DNA of 63,009 bases, taken from Vulcanimicrobiales bacterium. Its GTDB lineage: Bacteria; Vulcanimicrobiota; Vulcanimicrobiia; Vulcanimicrobiales; Vulcanimicrobiaceae. This document shows positions 1 to 9,522 of the stretch, piece by piece. The stretch lies in assembly GCA_038215615.1 (NCBI GenBank), contig JBBQQR010000012.1:1-63009 (forward strand), written 5' to 3'. The number at the start of each line of letters is the position of its first letter. The stretch's first letter is position 1. The notes beneath the pieces are model-generated. The model made no database searches. It was not told where the DNA came from and saw only the letters and a program-made list of their open reading frames with translations. The translations under genes and the position numbers were made by a program.

Positions 1-1
1 G

Positions 2-1276
2 CCGCGCGTCCACACTGGCCGGCGTATTGCCGCGCAGCCTCACCGCCACTTCGCGAACGGGCAGCATGCGCAGCTGGGGAGCATAGGTGCGGCTTACCGG
101 CGCCCGCTCACCATGACACTGACTCAAGACCGGCGCGCCGTAAGTAACACGCGATTCCAAAAGATGGGCCGGGCGCACGTGCGCCTGTTGCGCCTGGATA
201 TCTCCAACCGCCTGCAAGCGTTCGAACGCGATCGCGAGCGTTTGCGGATCGGGCTGCGTTCCTGAAAAAAGCGTGGTGAAGGCGCCGCACTCTTCCAGGC
301 GCAGCGCTTGCAGCCGCAGCCCCGTCACCGGCGCGTCAAAAATTAGGCCTTCGATTTTGGCCCGCAAAATATCGAGCACGACGCGCGGATCGGCGGTCGG
401 CTGCGCGAAGCCGGCGTCCAATTCGCGCAGATCGCCGTTTTCGCATTCGAACGTCGTGCGCAAAAATGCCGCGGCTTTTCCCGCGCGGCTCAAATCGCTG
501 CAGATGCGCTCGGCCAAAACGCGCAGCGCGAAATAGACTTGCTCTTCTTGTGCCACGCTGCCCTCGCCGAACGCGGCAGCTTCGATCTGCAGCGCGTAGG
601 GACGCGGACGAAACGGCGCCGGATCGGTCCCGCGCGCGCATTCGTGCCACCGTGCCGCCCGCGCGCCGAAACGGCGGACGAACGGACCGTGCGGCAAGCG
701 CGCCAGTTCGCCCAGCGTCGCAATGCCGAGCAAGTGCAGCCGTTCGACGATGGCCGGTTCCACGTCGAGCACTTCCAGCGGTAGAGGCGCGAGCAACGCA
801 GCTGCTTCGTCCGCGCTGCAGACGCAGCCGTCGCGCACGTAGGTTGCCGCGCGGGCCGCGAACTTGTTGGGGCCGGCTGCGGCGCGCACCGGCAGATCGA
901 AACGCTCCAAGAGTGCATGCGCGTGCGCAATCCAGTCGCCCGCCGTGCCGTCGCAACCACGCATCTCCACATATGCCGTGCCTTCGCCTGTATCGTCCAC
1001 CAGCGGCGAAAGCGCGTCGAGCTCATCGAGCATGTCTTCCCACACGGTATGCGCGTACCGAGCGTCATGAACGAGCACGCGCGCTCCGCCGGCCGCCGCG
1101 CAGGCTTGCAAAACCGTCTGTCCGCGACGCGCGCCCAGCGCGTGCGCGCGATCGTCAACCTCGAGCACGCGCCCGCGATCGGCTTTGTCGGCCAGAATGA
1201 CGACGTCGTCAAAACTCTCGATGCCTCGGCGGGCCACCGCCAGCCGGAACGCGGGAACGTGTACGCATAACAGCAT
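2..1276 (-). CDS. imuB: ImuB-like inactive Y-family DNA polymerase, 3' end runs off the window
   Basis: Not in the ORF track. Manual translation from ATG at 1276 (TGATG overlap with imuA stop): MLLCVHVPAFRLAVARR...LDALSPLVDDTGEGTAYVEMRG...GPNKFAARAA...LHLLGIATLGELARLP. The frame is open to the window edge. Confidence 0.85.
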   Translation of the reverse strand, partial: MLLCVHVPAFRLAVARRGIESFDDVVILADKADRGRVLEVDDRAHALGARRGQTVLQACAAAGGARVLVHDARYAHTVWEDMLDELDALSPLVDDTGEGTAYVEMRGCDGTAGDWIAHAHALLERFDLPVRAAAGPNKFAARAATYVRDGCVCSADEAAALLAPLPLEVLDVEPAIVERLHLLGIATLGELARLPHGPFVRRFGARAARWHECARGTDPAPFRPRPYALQIEAAAFGEGSVAQEEQVYFALRVLAERICSDLSRAGKAAAFLRTTFECENGDLRELDAGFAQPTADPRVVLDILRAKIEGLIFDAPVTGLRLQALRLEECGAFTTLFSGTQPDPQTLAIAFERLQAVGDIQAQQAHVRPAHLLESRVTYGAPVLSQCHGERAPVSRTYAPQLRMLPVREVAVRLRGNTPASVDAR

Positions 1277-1938
1277 CAGGCGATCCGCAAGTGCACGACC
1301 GCGCCGAGAGCGCTGCGGCGATGCTTGAAGACCTGCGTGCAGACTTCGTAGCCGGCCAGTTCGCGCAACACGCCGCTGCCTTCGGTCCAAAAGATGCGAT
1401 CGATCGCGCACCGCACGCGCGTCGACGCGAAATATCCCAACTCCGTGCTCGCTTGTCCTAACGTCAACAGCAGCGCGTCGGATTTTTTCGCAAGTGCGCC
1501 GAGCCGGGACCAGACGGTGCCGCGCACGTGTACGGCCGGGAGCGTCACCAGCGAGAAAGCACGCGAGCGCAGCAAGATATCGGCACAGCGAGCGGACGCC
1601 AGCGGAGAGTTTGCACAGACGAGCAGCAGCCGGTCGAGAACGACCCCCGCGCGTTCCAAATCGGGAGGATAGAGCGTGCCGTCGTGAATCGCAGCTGCCA
1701 AACCGCAACGGGTCGCACTCGCCAGCGCCGCGGCTACTATTGCGGTCCGGCCGGAACCGGTACCCCCCTCGAGGGTCGCGATGCTTCCGCGGATGAAGCC
1801 GCCGGCCAGCGCGCGATCCAGTTCTGCAAAGCCGCTCGAGACCGGGTCCCCCGCAGACTCTACGATGCGCCCCGCGGCGTGCGCCTCCAAGCCGGCTTTT
1901 AGGCTCGCGAACGTGTCGGCAACCGCGGCAGAGACCAT
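1276..1938 (-). CDS. imuA: ImuA-like RecA/RadA-fold mutasome protein
   Basis: SGFAELDRALAGGFIRGS and P-loop-like GGTGSGRT; directly upstream of imuB; SOS box in promoter. Confidence 0.85.
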   Translation of the reverse strand: MVSAAVADTFASLKAGLEAHAAGRIVESAGDPVSSGFAELDRALAGGFIRGSIATLEGGTGSGRTAIVAAALASATRCGLAAAIHDGTLYPPDLERAGVVLDRLLLVCANSPLASARCADILLRSRAFSLVTLPAVHVRGTVWSRLGALAKKSDALLLTLGQASTELGYFASTRVRCAIDRIFWTEGSGVLRELAGYEVCTQVFKHRRSALGAVVHLRIA

Positions 1939-1946
1939 GGGCTCTG

Positions 1947-1975
1947 ATCCTAATCGAACATATGTTCGATGTCAA
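1947..1975 (-). promoter_or_regulatory. Sigma70-type promoter with a LexA (SOS) box in the spacer
   Basis: Minus strand reads TTGACA-17 nt-TAGGAT. The perfect palindrome ATCGAAC-ATAT-GTTCGAT (1953-1970) matches the Gram-positive/actinobacterial GAAC-N4-GTTC LexA box. Confidence 0.9.
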
Positions 1976-2126
1976 CAGGCCATCCGGCCCTCTTTCGGCC
2001 AAGTCGTCGGACCGGGCGAGAGAGCCCGAAAATCGCGGTCAACGTGAGCAAAAACGTGGACCGCAGCGGTCGTCGTTCGCGCTCGCAACACGAAGGTGGC
2101 ATTCTAACACGCCGTAAGTAAGCCCG

Positions 2127-4175
2127 ATGGCAACAGCCATCTTACGCGTGGGTATCGACGTCGGCGGCACCTTTACGGATGTCGCCGCTGTCGATAGTGT
2201 CTCCGGCGAAAAAATCGCTTTGAAGGTCGCGTCCACGCCGCAGGCGCCAGAGCTGGGTGTCATCGCCGCAATCCGGTCCATCATCGCGCTATTTCCGACG
2301 CCGCCGCACTTCGAACACATCGCGCACTCGACGACGATCGCAACCAACGCGCTCCTGGGACAGATCCATCTCGAACTGCCGCGCGTCGTCTTTCTCACGA
2401 CGCAGGGATTCCGGGACGTCATCGAAATCGGGCGGCAAAACCGCAGTGAAGTCTACAACCTCTTCGTAACGCGCCCGAGGCCACTGGTCGCGCGTGAAGA
2501 CCGGATCACCGTGCGCGAACGCGTTGATTATCGCGGCGACGTGCTCGTTGCACTCGACCAGAAGGAGATCGAGCGCGCGGTCGCGGCCGTGCGCGCGCGC
2601 AATCCCGCATCGATTGCCGTGGGTTTCTTGCATTCGTACATCAACGGCGATCACGAACGCGAACTCGGAGCGGCGCTGGCGCGCGCATTCCCTGAGATTC
2701 CCGTCACGCTGTCTTGCGAGATCGATCCCGAGTACCGCGAGTACGAACGCTTTTCGACGGCCGTCGTTAATGCGGCGCTGACGCCGATCGTCCGCGGCTA
2801 CATCGAGCGCCTGGCCGCGGCTCTAAAAGATCTCCAGATTAACGCACCGCTTTACGTCATGCAAAGCAACGGCGGACTCGCCGACGCGCACCGCATCGCC
2901 GCTACGCCCGCAGCGATCATCGAAAGCGGACCCGCGAGCGGCGCGATCGCCGCCGCGGATCTCGCGCGCGCAATGGGAATTGATCGCGCGATCTCGTTTG
3001 ACATGGGCGGCACGAGCGCCAAAGCCGGAACCATTACCGGCGGCTCCGTGCAGATCGCGTCCGAATTTGAAGCCGCCGGCTCGACCCACAGCGGACGCGG
3101 CGTCAAGGGCAGCGGCTACCCCGTCCGCTTTCCGTTCGTCGATTTGGCCGAGATCAGCGCGGGCGGCGGAACGATCGCGTACATCGACGAGGCCGGCGCA
3201 CTGCGCGTCGGTCCGCTTTCGGCCGGTGCCGATCCGGGGCCGGCATGCTATGGAAAAAGCGAACGCGCGACCGTTACCGATGCCAACGTCGTCCTCGGGC
3301 GCTTAAACCAGGCGGCACTGGCGGGCGGAACATTTCCGATCGATGCGCAGCGTTCGCACTCCGCAATCGGCGAGCTTTCGCGCCGCATCGGTCTCTCCAT
3401 TGCGGAAACCGCCGCCGGTATCGTGCGCATCATCGATTCGCAGATGGCGCGCGTGCTGCACATCGTCACCACCGAGCGCGGACTCGACCCGCGTGATTTT
3501 TCGCTGGTGGCCTTTGGTGGAAACGGTCCGCTTCACGCATGTGCGCTCGGGGCGGAACTCGGCATCGGAAGAATCGTGATTCCGGGCGGCCCCGGAGTCT
3601 TCTCGGCGCACGGCTTGTTAGCGGCGCCACTGCAAACGTCGTTTGTGCGATCCGTACTGCGCACTGCCGATTTGACCAAGGAGCAACTCGCGAGTCTCTT
3701 CGACGACCTGGAGACGCAGGCGCGTTCCGCGCTGCGCGCACAGGGCGCGGCCAATGGAGCGTTTTCGATGCGCCGCACGTTTGACGCGCGGTATCAGGGC
3801 CAAAGCTTCGAGCTCGAGGTGGAAGGCACGGAGCGCGCCGCGCAAGCGTTTCACGATGAACACCGCCGCCGTTACGGATACTGCGTCCAAGAGGAGCCCG
3901 TCGAACTTGTGAGCGCGCGTTTGACGGCCACGGCGGAGCTTGCCGCACTGCCGCGCGCACAGCGGCCGGCCGCCAACGGCGCGGCCGCGGCCACGCGGAA
4001 CGTCTGGCTCGACCAAGGATACGCGCCCGCCGCCGTACACGTTCGCGCGAGTCTGCCTGAAGGAAGCGATCTGACCGGCCCGGCGCTCATCGAGGAAGCC
4101 GACAGCTGTACGTATGTGGCGCCAAGCTGGAAGGCGCGCGTCGCGGATTGCGCGATCGTTCTGGAGCGCGTATGA
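2127..4175 (+). CDS. Hydantoinase/oxoprolinase subunit A
   Basis: GIDVGGTFTD, SGPASG, DMGGTS, SAGADPGPACY motifs. Confidence 0.92.
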   Translation: MATAILRVGIDVGGTFTDVAAVDSVSGEKIALKVASTPQAPELGVIAAIRSIIALFPTPPHFEHIAHSTTIATNALLGQIHLELPRVVFLTTQGFRDVIEIGRQNRSEVYNLFVTRPRPLVAREDRITVRERVDYRGDVLVALDQKEIERAVAAVRARNPASIAVGFLHSYINGDHERELGAALARAFPEIPVTLSCEIDPEYREYERFSTAVVNAALTPIVRGYIERLAAALKDLQINAPLYVMQSNGGLADAHRIAATPAAIIESGPASGAIAAADLARAMGIDRAISFDMGGTSAKAGTITGGSVQIASEFEAAGSTHSGRGVKGSGYPVRFPFVDLAEISAGGGTIAYIDEAGALRVGPLSAGADPGPACYGKSERATVTDANVVLGRLNQAALAGGTFPIDAQRSHSAIGELSRRIGLSIAETAAGIVRIIDSQMARVLHIVTTERGLDPRDFSLVAFGGNGPLHACALGAELGIGRIVIPGGPGVFSAHGLLAAPLQTSFVRSVLRTADLTKEQLASLFDDLETQARSALRAQGAANGAFSMRRTFDARYQGQSFELEVEGTERAAQAFHDEHRRRYGYCVQEEPVELVSARLTATAELAALPRAQRPAANGAAAATRNVWLDQGYAPAAVHVRASLPEGSDLTGPALIEEADSCTYVAPSWKARVADCAIVLERV

Positions 4176-5776
4176 CTGCGAAGCTCGATCCGATCAGCGT
4201 CGAAGTGATCAAGAACTCCCTGATTTACGCGAGTGAAGAGATGGGCATTGCCGTGCGCAATAGCGCTTATTCTCCCAATATCAAAGAACGGCTCGATCAT
4301 TCGTGCGCGCTTTTCGACTGCGATGCCCGGCTGATTGCGCAGGCCGAGCATATTCCGGTTCACCTCGGTTCGCTTCCGTGGGGCTTGCGGCGTACTCTGG
4401 AAGTTATCGTCCGCGAAGAAGGTGCGTGCGCAGAAGGCGAGATGTGGGTCGTCAACGATCCGTATATTTCCGGCACGCACCTGAACGACGTCACGGTGAT
4501 CCGTCCGATCTTCTTCCGCGGGAAGCTCGCCGGCTATGCGGCCAACAAGGCCCATCATACCGACGTCGGCGGAATGGTTCCGGGATCGATGTCGGCCGAT
4601 GCGCCCGACCTCTTTGCCGAAGGACTCGTCGTGCCGCCGATGCGGCTGGTCGCAAGAGACCGGAACGTGCCTGCGACGATAGCGTTGTTTCGCGCGAACT
4701 CGCGGACGCCTGACGCGCGCAGCGGCGATCTGCGCGCGCAAACCGCGGGCAATTATACGGGCGAGCGCCGTTTTCAAGAACTCTGCGAACGGTACGGCAC
4801 GCAGACGCTGCGCGCGGCGATCGACACGATTCTCGACCAAAGCGAAACGCGCATGCGCGCCGCGTTGGCCCGGATGCGCGAAGGCACGTTCGAAAGCGAA
4901 GACGTCCTGGAAGATCGCGACGGCCGCCCCACAATTCGGATTGCGCTGCGGCTCACGCTGAACGGTGGAAGCGCGCACTTCGATTATACGGGCACGGCGC
5001 CGCAGCTGCCGTTTCCCATGAACGCGGTGTACGGCGTAACTCTTTCGGGCGTCTATTACGCTTTGCGCGCCGTTACCGACCCGTCGATTCCCATGAACGA
5101 AGGCTGCTTCCGGCCGGTCTTCGTCGACGTTCCGGAAGGCACTCTGCTCAATCCCGTTCGCCCAGCGGCGGTCGGCGGGGGCAACGTCGAAACGAGTACG
5201 CGCAACGCGGACGTCGTGCTCGGCGCGCTCGCGCAAGCCGCGCCCGATCGCGTGCCCGCGCAAAGCGGCGGCACGATGACCAACGTCATGATCGGCGGAA
5301 CTCGGGCCGACGGCACGCCGTGGGCTTTCTACGAAACGAACGGCTGCGGCATGGGTGCGCGTCCCGGGATGGACGGACTGGACGCCATTCAATGCCATAT
5401 GACCAATACGCTAAACACGCCCATCGAAGCGATCGAACGCGACTATCCGCTGCGCGTTACGCGCTATGAAATTGTCGAAGGAACGGGCGGCGGCGGCACA
5501 TATAGGGGAGGCAACGGCCTCGTTCGCGCCTTGCGGCTGACCGAGGGACGCGCGCGCGTTTCGCTGCTTTCCGAGCGGCACGCGGTGCAGCCAAGCGGCG
5601 CCGGCGGAGGAAGCGCCGGAACGCTCGGACGGCACACGCTGGTGCACGCGGATGGAACGGCGGAAACACTCCGGGCAAAAACGACTTTTGAGTTTGAACC
5701 GGAAGAAACGCTGGAAGTGCAAACGCCGGGCGGCGGCGGTTTAGGTGCCGGGGACGTGTCCTCCGCAGAGCGGTAA
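4172..5776 (+). CDS. Hydantoinase B/oxoprolinase subunit
   Basis: ATGA overlap with subunit A; SPNIKERLDHSCA, HIPVHLGS, NDPY.GTHLND, TPGGGG motifs. Confidence 0.92.
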   Translation: MTAKLDPISVEVIKNSLIYASEEMGIAVRNSAYSPNIKERLDHSCALFDCDARLIAQAEHIPVHLGSLPWGLRRTLEVIVREEGACAEGEMWVVNDPYISGTHLNDVTVIRPIFFRGKLAGYAANKAHHTDVGGMVPGSMSADAPDLFAEGLVVPPMRLVARDRNVPATIALFRANSRTPDARSGDLRAQTAGNYTGERRFQELCERYGTQTLRAAIDTILDQSETRMRAALARMREGTFESEDVLEDRDGRPTIRIALRLTLNGGSAHFDYTGTAPQLPFPMNAVYGVTLSGVYYALRAVTDPSIPMNEGCFRPVFVDVPEGTLLNPVRPAAVGGGNVETSTRNADVVLGALAQAAPDRVPAQSGGTMTNVMIGGTRADGTPWAFYETNGCGMGARPGMDGLDAIQCHMTNTLNTPIEAIERDYPLRVTRYEIVEGTGGGGTYRGGNGLVRALRLTEGRARVSLLSERHAVQPSGAGGGSAGTLGRHTLVHADGTAETLRAKTTFEFEPEETLEVQTPGGGGLGAGDVSSAER

Positions 5777-6526
5777 CGCTTTCACGACGAGATCCGCTGC
5801 GCGGCCTTCGCTCGACTGCAGCATCTGCTGATACTGCCCGATCGCTTGATCGAAAACGTCGAGCGGGTTATGTCCGACGACAAATCCCGTGTCCTGCAGC
5901 GCCGGATCCGCCGCTTGCTGGGGAGTATTGCGAACGCCGGCATTGAGAATCTCAGATGGCGGCGGCGTTGGTGCGGCGCCCGCCGATTGCGCGCTCTGCG
6001 GACCATTCCCGCCCTGCGCTTTGGGGATTTCGCGCGTCTGCGTAAGTTTCAGCGCCTCGCTTCCGGCGGCTTGCATCTGACCCAATTGCTCGGTATCCAC
6101 GAAACCGCTGATCACGTCGAGCGCGCGTTTCTGCGCCGCCACAACCTGTAGCAAGTTTGCGCGTATTTCGAGCAGTTGCCGGTCCGCGTCCGATATTGCG
6201 CGCTTCGGAAAGACGAACGGATCGTTGAGCAGTTTCTCGATCGCAGCCGTGTTCTGCACGAGCGGCGTTATCAGGCGCTCGACGCGCGACACCTGAAGAT
6301 CTTTTGAGATACTGCCGGTCGCTGTCGCCTTCACATATCCACGCAGCAGCGGGCGGCTTTGCGCGATCGTGTGGTCGTTTTGCAACACTTTGCCGATCGC
6401 CGGCCCAATGTTTTGCCGCAAGCCCGTGCAGAGCGGCGAAACGTGCAAGTGCTCAATCGTCTTGAGGGGCGTGGCAGCCGGCGCCGGAGTGGCGAGCGAG
6501 ACCGCCATCGCGAGCGTGATCCACAT
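5741..6526 (-). CDS. Secreted hypothetical protein
   Basis: Signal-peptide-like N-terminus followed by ATPAPAATP; last gene of the blaI-led run. Confidence 0.7.
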   Translation of the reverse strand: MWITLAMAVSLATPAPAATPLKTIEHLHVSPLCTGLRQNIGPAIGKVLQNDHTIAQSRPLLRGYVKATATGSISKDLQVSRVERLITPLVQNTAAIEKLLNDPFVFPKRAISDADRQLLEIRANLLQVVAAQKRALDVISGFVDTEQLGQMQAAGSEALKLTQTREIPKAQGGNGPQSAQSAGAAPTPPPSEILNAGVRNTPQQAADPALQDTGFVVGHNPLDVFDQAIGQYQQMLQSSEGRAADLVVKALPLCGGHVPGT

Positions 6527-6550
6527 GCCCCTTTTTACGCCGCGAGCGGC

Positions 6551-8617
6551 TTACGTTCCCTTATCGGCGCCGAAATAGTGCACAACTTTGAAGATCAGCT
6601 GCGGTGAGGTCGAGAATTTGCTGGCATCGCCGTATACGAGATAGATCTCGTTGTGCTCCAGCAGTTTGTGATAGGCAAACGAAAGATTCCAGCCGCTCGA
6701 AAACGACGGCGTCTGACCGAGGTCGAGCACCGGAGAGAAGCCGATGATCCGGCGGACGCCGACCGCGAACGATTCGTTCGAACCGCTTTGGTACGAGTAG
6801 CTCAGGCGCTCAAGCCACTGTCGGTACGTTTTTCCGTTGTCGAGATGTTGCGCCGTATCGTTGGCTTGGAGCGTGACGGACGCCCGGTTTCCCACGCGGA
6901 TGACGATGCTGCGTCCCCACGATATGATGCGGCCGGGGCCAAATCTGCCGGTGTCGTATTCAATGTAGGTGGGATAGGCGGTCGTGCTGCGCCATCCGAA
7001 GCCGCGCGAGTTGATCGTGATCGGCGCGAAGACGCCGTTGCCGAGCAGCAGGTAGGACGACCCCGTGTTGGCCCAAAGTTCGATGAAGTTTTTCGTCAGG
7101 AGATCGAAGCCAAGGTTGTTGTCGGTCTGGTTGAGTGCGCCGGTCGTGCCGTGGTAGCGGTCGATCGAGCCGTAGATCTGGATCCACTTGAACGCGCTTT
7201 TGCCTGAATAGTTCCACTGCTTCCACAGATTGACGTTATAGCCCGCGATTCCCGGATGCGAGACGATGCCGTCAAATGGGTTGTAGTACGTGCCGATTTT
7301 TCGCATGCTGAAACCCGCGAAAAAGTTCGGCGGCGTATACCCGATTCCAAAGTCGGAGCGCTTGTTGTCGTTGTCATTGAGTACGGCGGTTCCGCGGTCT
7401 TCTCCCCAATTGTAATAGGCGAACAGATCCGAATGATTGTTGTAGGTGATGCCATCGGTGACGGTAACATCGCGGAACCCTGGCATGTTGACGGCTACCC
7501 GCTGAGTCGCGATCTGCACCCGGCGGTTCGGAGTTTTGTAATAGAACGATTGGGCGCTGTCGTTACGACCGACGCCAACGGCGTCGAAGCCGGCAAAATT
7601 GAAACGTCCTTCTTTGCCCTCGATCGCATAGCCATCGCGCGGCGTCGGAATGGCCGGCGTGTAGAGCTCTTGGATTCCGGGGCATCCGGTGCACGAGAAC
7701 GGGTTGTAGAAGTTCGCTCCCTGCGTGAAGAACGGTCGGACTTCGCTGAAAAACCGCCTGAACGCGGTCGGCGAAATGCTCTGCTGATCTTTTTCCACGT
7801 TCGAGTAATCCGGATGCAGGGTCGCGACGAACGTCGTGCTGGAATCGAGCGGAATCGAGAGATCGGCGCCGGCCCGCGACGTGCTGCCGCCAATCGAGCG
7901 TGAGGCCAGCGATCCCAGGCCGTAGACCGCGATGCGGCTCTTGGGACGCGTGCTTCCGACGGTCGGAATTCCCGCCAGCCGGCCCGCAAAGGTCACGTCG
8001 TTGAAGTTGGTGTCGCTGGCGGCTCCGCGCCAGACCAAGTTTTCGCGAGTTGCCGGGGACAGCCGAATGAATTGCACCAGCCAAACCTTGCCCGCGCCGC
8101 GCATTCCCGCGAGCGGAATCTTCATCGTCACCGTGTAGCCGCCCGCGCTTATTTTTCCGGCGGACACCCAATTTGGTTCGTAGGAGTTGTTTTCCGTCGA
8201 AAACTGATAGTGCGTGCCGATCGGGGTTGAGGTGAACTTGTACATGAAACCTTGGTCCCCACCCGGCCAAAGATCGACTTGCACTTCATCGTCGGTATCC
8301 ATGCCGACGCCGTTGGTGTGTTCTTGCGCGCTAATCGGCGCCGTTGTTTTCACTTCGAATGCGACGTAGAGAAACTTGCCGTCCGTCAGCAGGTACGCGT
8401 TCGTCGGCTGTTTCGCGGGCTGGTGGAAATTCATATCGTAGCCAAGGGTCGCCGTGGCGGCTTTTTGCCACAGCGGATCGCTCAGCGTACCGTCCATGGC
8501 GGGAGCCGAAGCAATCACGGGAACCGTAAGCATGTCCTGCGCGGGAACCGGTTCGATCGCGGCAGCCGTTCCCGTTGCAAACGCGGCCAGGATGGCCGCA
8601 GCGAGCAACACTTTCAT
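6551..8617 (-). CDS. Exported protein, CBM9-like sugar-binding domain plus probable beta-barrel (DUF5916-like)
   Basis: Signal peptide MKVLLAAAILAAFA; APAMDGTLSDPLW and LYVAF (CBM9-like); PDYSNVEKD and FFSEVRPFFTQG (DUF5916-like); aromatic beta-strand-rich C-terminus. Confidence 0.7.
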   Translation of the reverse strand: MKVLLAAAILAAFATGTAAAIEPVPAQDMLTVPVIASAPAMDGTLSDPLWQKAATATLGYDMNFHQPAKQPTNAYLLTDGKFLYVAFEVKTTAPISAQEHTNGVGMDTDDEVQVDLWPGGDQGFMYKFTSTPIGTHYQFSTENNSYEPNWVSAGKISAGGYTVTMKIPLAGMRGAGKVWLVQFIRLSPATRENLVWRGAASDTNFNDVTFAGRLAGIPTVGSTRPKSRIAVYGLGSLASRSIGGSTSRAGADLSIPLDSSTTFVATLHPDYSNVEKDQQSISPTAFRRFFSEVRPFFTQGANFYNPFSCTGCPGIQELYTPAIPTPRDGYAIEGKEGRFNFAGFDAVGVGRNDSAQSFYYKTPNRRVQIATQRVAVNMPGFRDVTVTDGITYNNHSDLFAYYNWGEDRGTAVLNDNDNKRSDFGIGYTPPNFFAGFSMRKIGTYYNPFDGIVSHPGIAGYNVNLWKQWNYSGKSAFKWIQIYGSIDRYHGTTGALNQTDNNLGFDLLTKNFIELWANTGSSYLLLGNGVFAPITINSRGFGWRSTTAYPTYIEYDTGRFGPGRIISWGRSIVIRVGNRASVTLQANDTAQHLDNGKTYRQWLERLSYSYQSGSNESFAVGVRRIIGFSPVLDLGQTPSFSSGWNLSFAYHKLLEHNEIYLVYGDASKFSTSPQLIFKVVHYFGADKGT

Positions 8618-8618
8618 A

Positions 8619-9449
8619 TCAAGGTCCTTTCGCACCGGTAAGATTAGCGTGCGCGACGTCGCGCAGCGTTGCCGCATCAAGCGGGCTGCAGGTACGCTTG
8701 TTGTCATAGTCCGATCGGTCGCCCGGATCGCAGAGCAACACTCCCCGCAGATCCGCTCCGCGTAAATCCGCGCCGCGCAGGTCCGTGCAAAAGACCCGCG
8801 TGCCGATAGTATAGTTTCCGTCGTTCCAATTGGTCTCGTGCCCACAGAGCGCGGCTCCGCTTAAATCCGCGTTTTGAAGATTGACGCGTGAAAGGTTGTC
8901 CGCCAGCAGCGAGGCCCCGCGCAAGCTCGCGCCGCTCAGGTTCGAATCCGAAAAGTTGCTGCCGGCAGTGTGAATGCCTTGCAAATTCTTGCCGTGCAAA
9001 TCCACATTGCGCAGATTGCAGCCGGCGCAATTCGAAAGGAGCGCGTGAATCTGACTATCGGGCAAACCGTTCAAAAAACTGCTCGAAAGATTAACGCCGG
9101 CCAGTTTGACTCCGCCCAACCGTGCGCCGTCGAGTTTAGCATTGCGCAGGTCGCAGCCCGCCAACTTGGCGTCGCGAAGATCCGCACCGCGCAAGTCCGC
9201 TCCGCGAAAACTCACGCCCGCCAACTTCGCGCCCGAGAAGTTGGCGTCGCGCAGATTTGCGCCGCTCAAATCGACGCCCACCCAGGAAACGTCGCGCAGG
9301 TCGCGTCCGTGCAGATCGTCGCCGCGCAAGTCACATCCCACGCAAGAGTGCGGAAGACCCAGCTGCGCTCGAGCTGCGCTCGAGCTGCCGGCAATCAGGG
9401 CGATCGCAATGACGGTGGCTGCGATGAGGGTTAGAAGGTGAGTTTTCAT
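8619..9449 (-). CDS. Secreted pentapeptide-repeat protein
   Basis: Signal peptide, many A(D/N)LxG repeats, SCVGCD and NCAGCN motifs; GGAGAG RBS upstream of ATG 9449. Confidence 0.88.
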   Translation of the reverse strand: MKTHLLTLIAATVIAIALIAGSSSAARAQLGLPHSCVGCDLRGDDLHGRDLRDVSWVGVDLSGANLRDANFSGAKLAGVSFRGADLRGADLRDAKLAGCDLRNAKLDGARLGGVKLAGVNLSSSFLNGLPDSQIHALLSNCAGCNLRNVDLHGKNLQGIHTAGSNFSDSNLSGASLRGASLLADNLSRVNLQNADLSGAALCGHETNWNDGNYTIGTRVFCTDLRGADLRGADLRGVLLCDPGDRSDYDNKRTCSPLDAATLRDVAHANLTGAKGP

Positions 9450-9522
9450 ACATCTCTCCAAAGGTCCGCAAGGAACTAAGCCTGCGCGCCCAGGCGTTCG
9501 AGAGGTTCCGGTTCGGGTCTAG

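Noticed and set aside
336..1212. Track ORFs 336-956, 466-1200 and 490-1212
   Set aside because: Alternative frames of imuB, whose true frame is missing from the track because it has no stop inside the window.
1980..2126. Hairpin GCGGTC-AACGT..ACGT-GGACCGC upstream of hydantoinase A
   Set aside because: No match to a riboswitch consensus I recognise, and no terminator tail.
3872..5398. 508-aa minus-strand ORF
   Set aside because: Antisense shadow of the hydantoinase genes.
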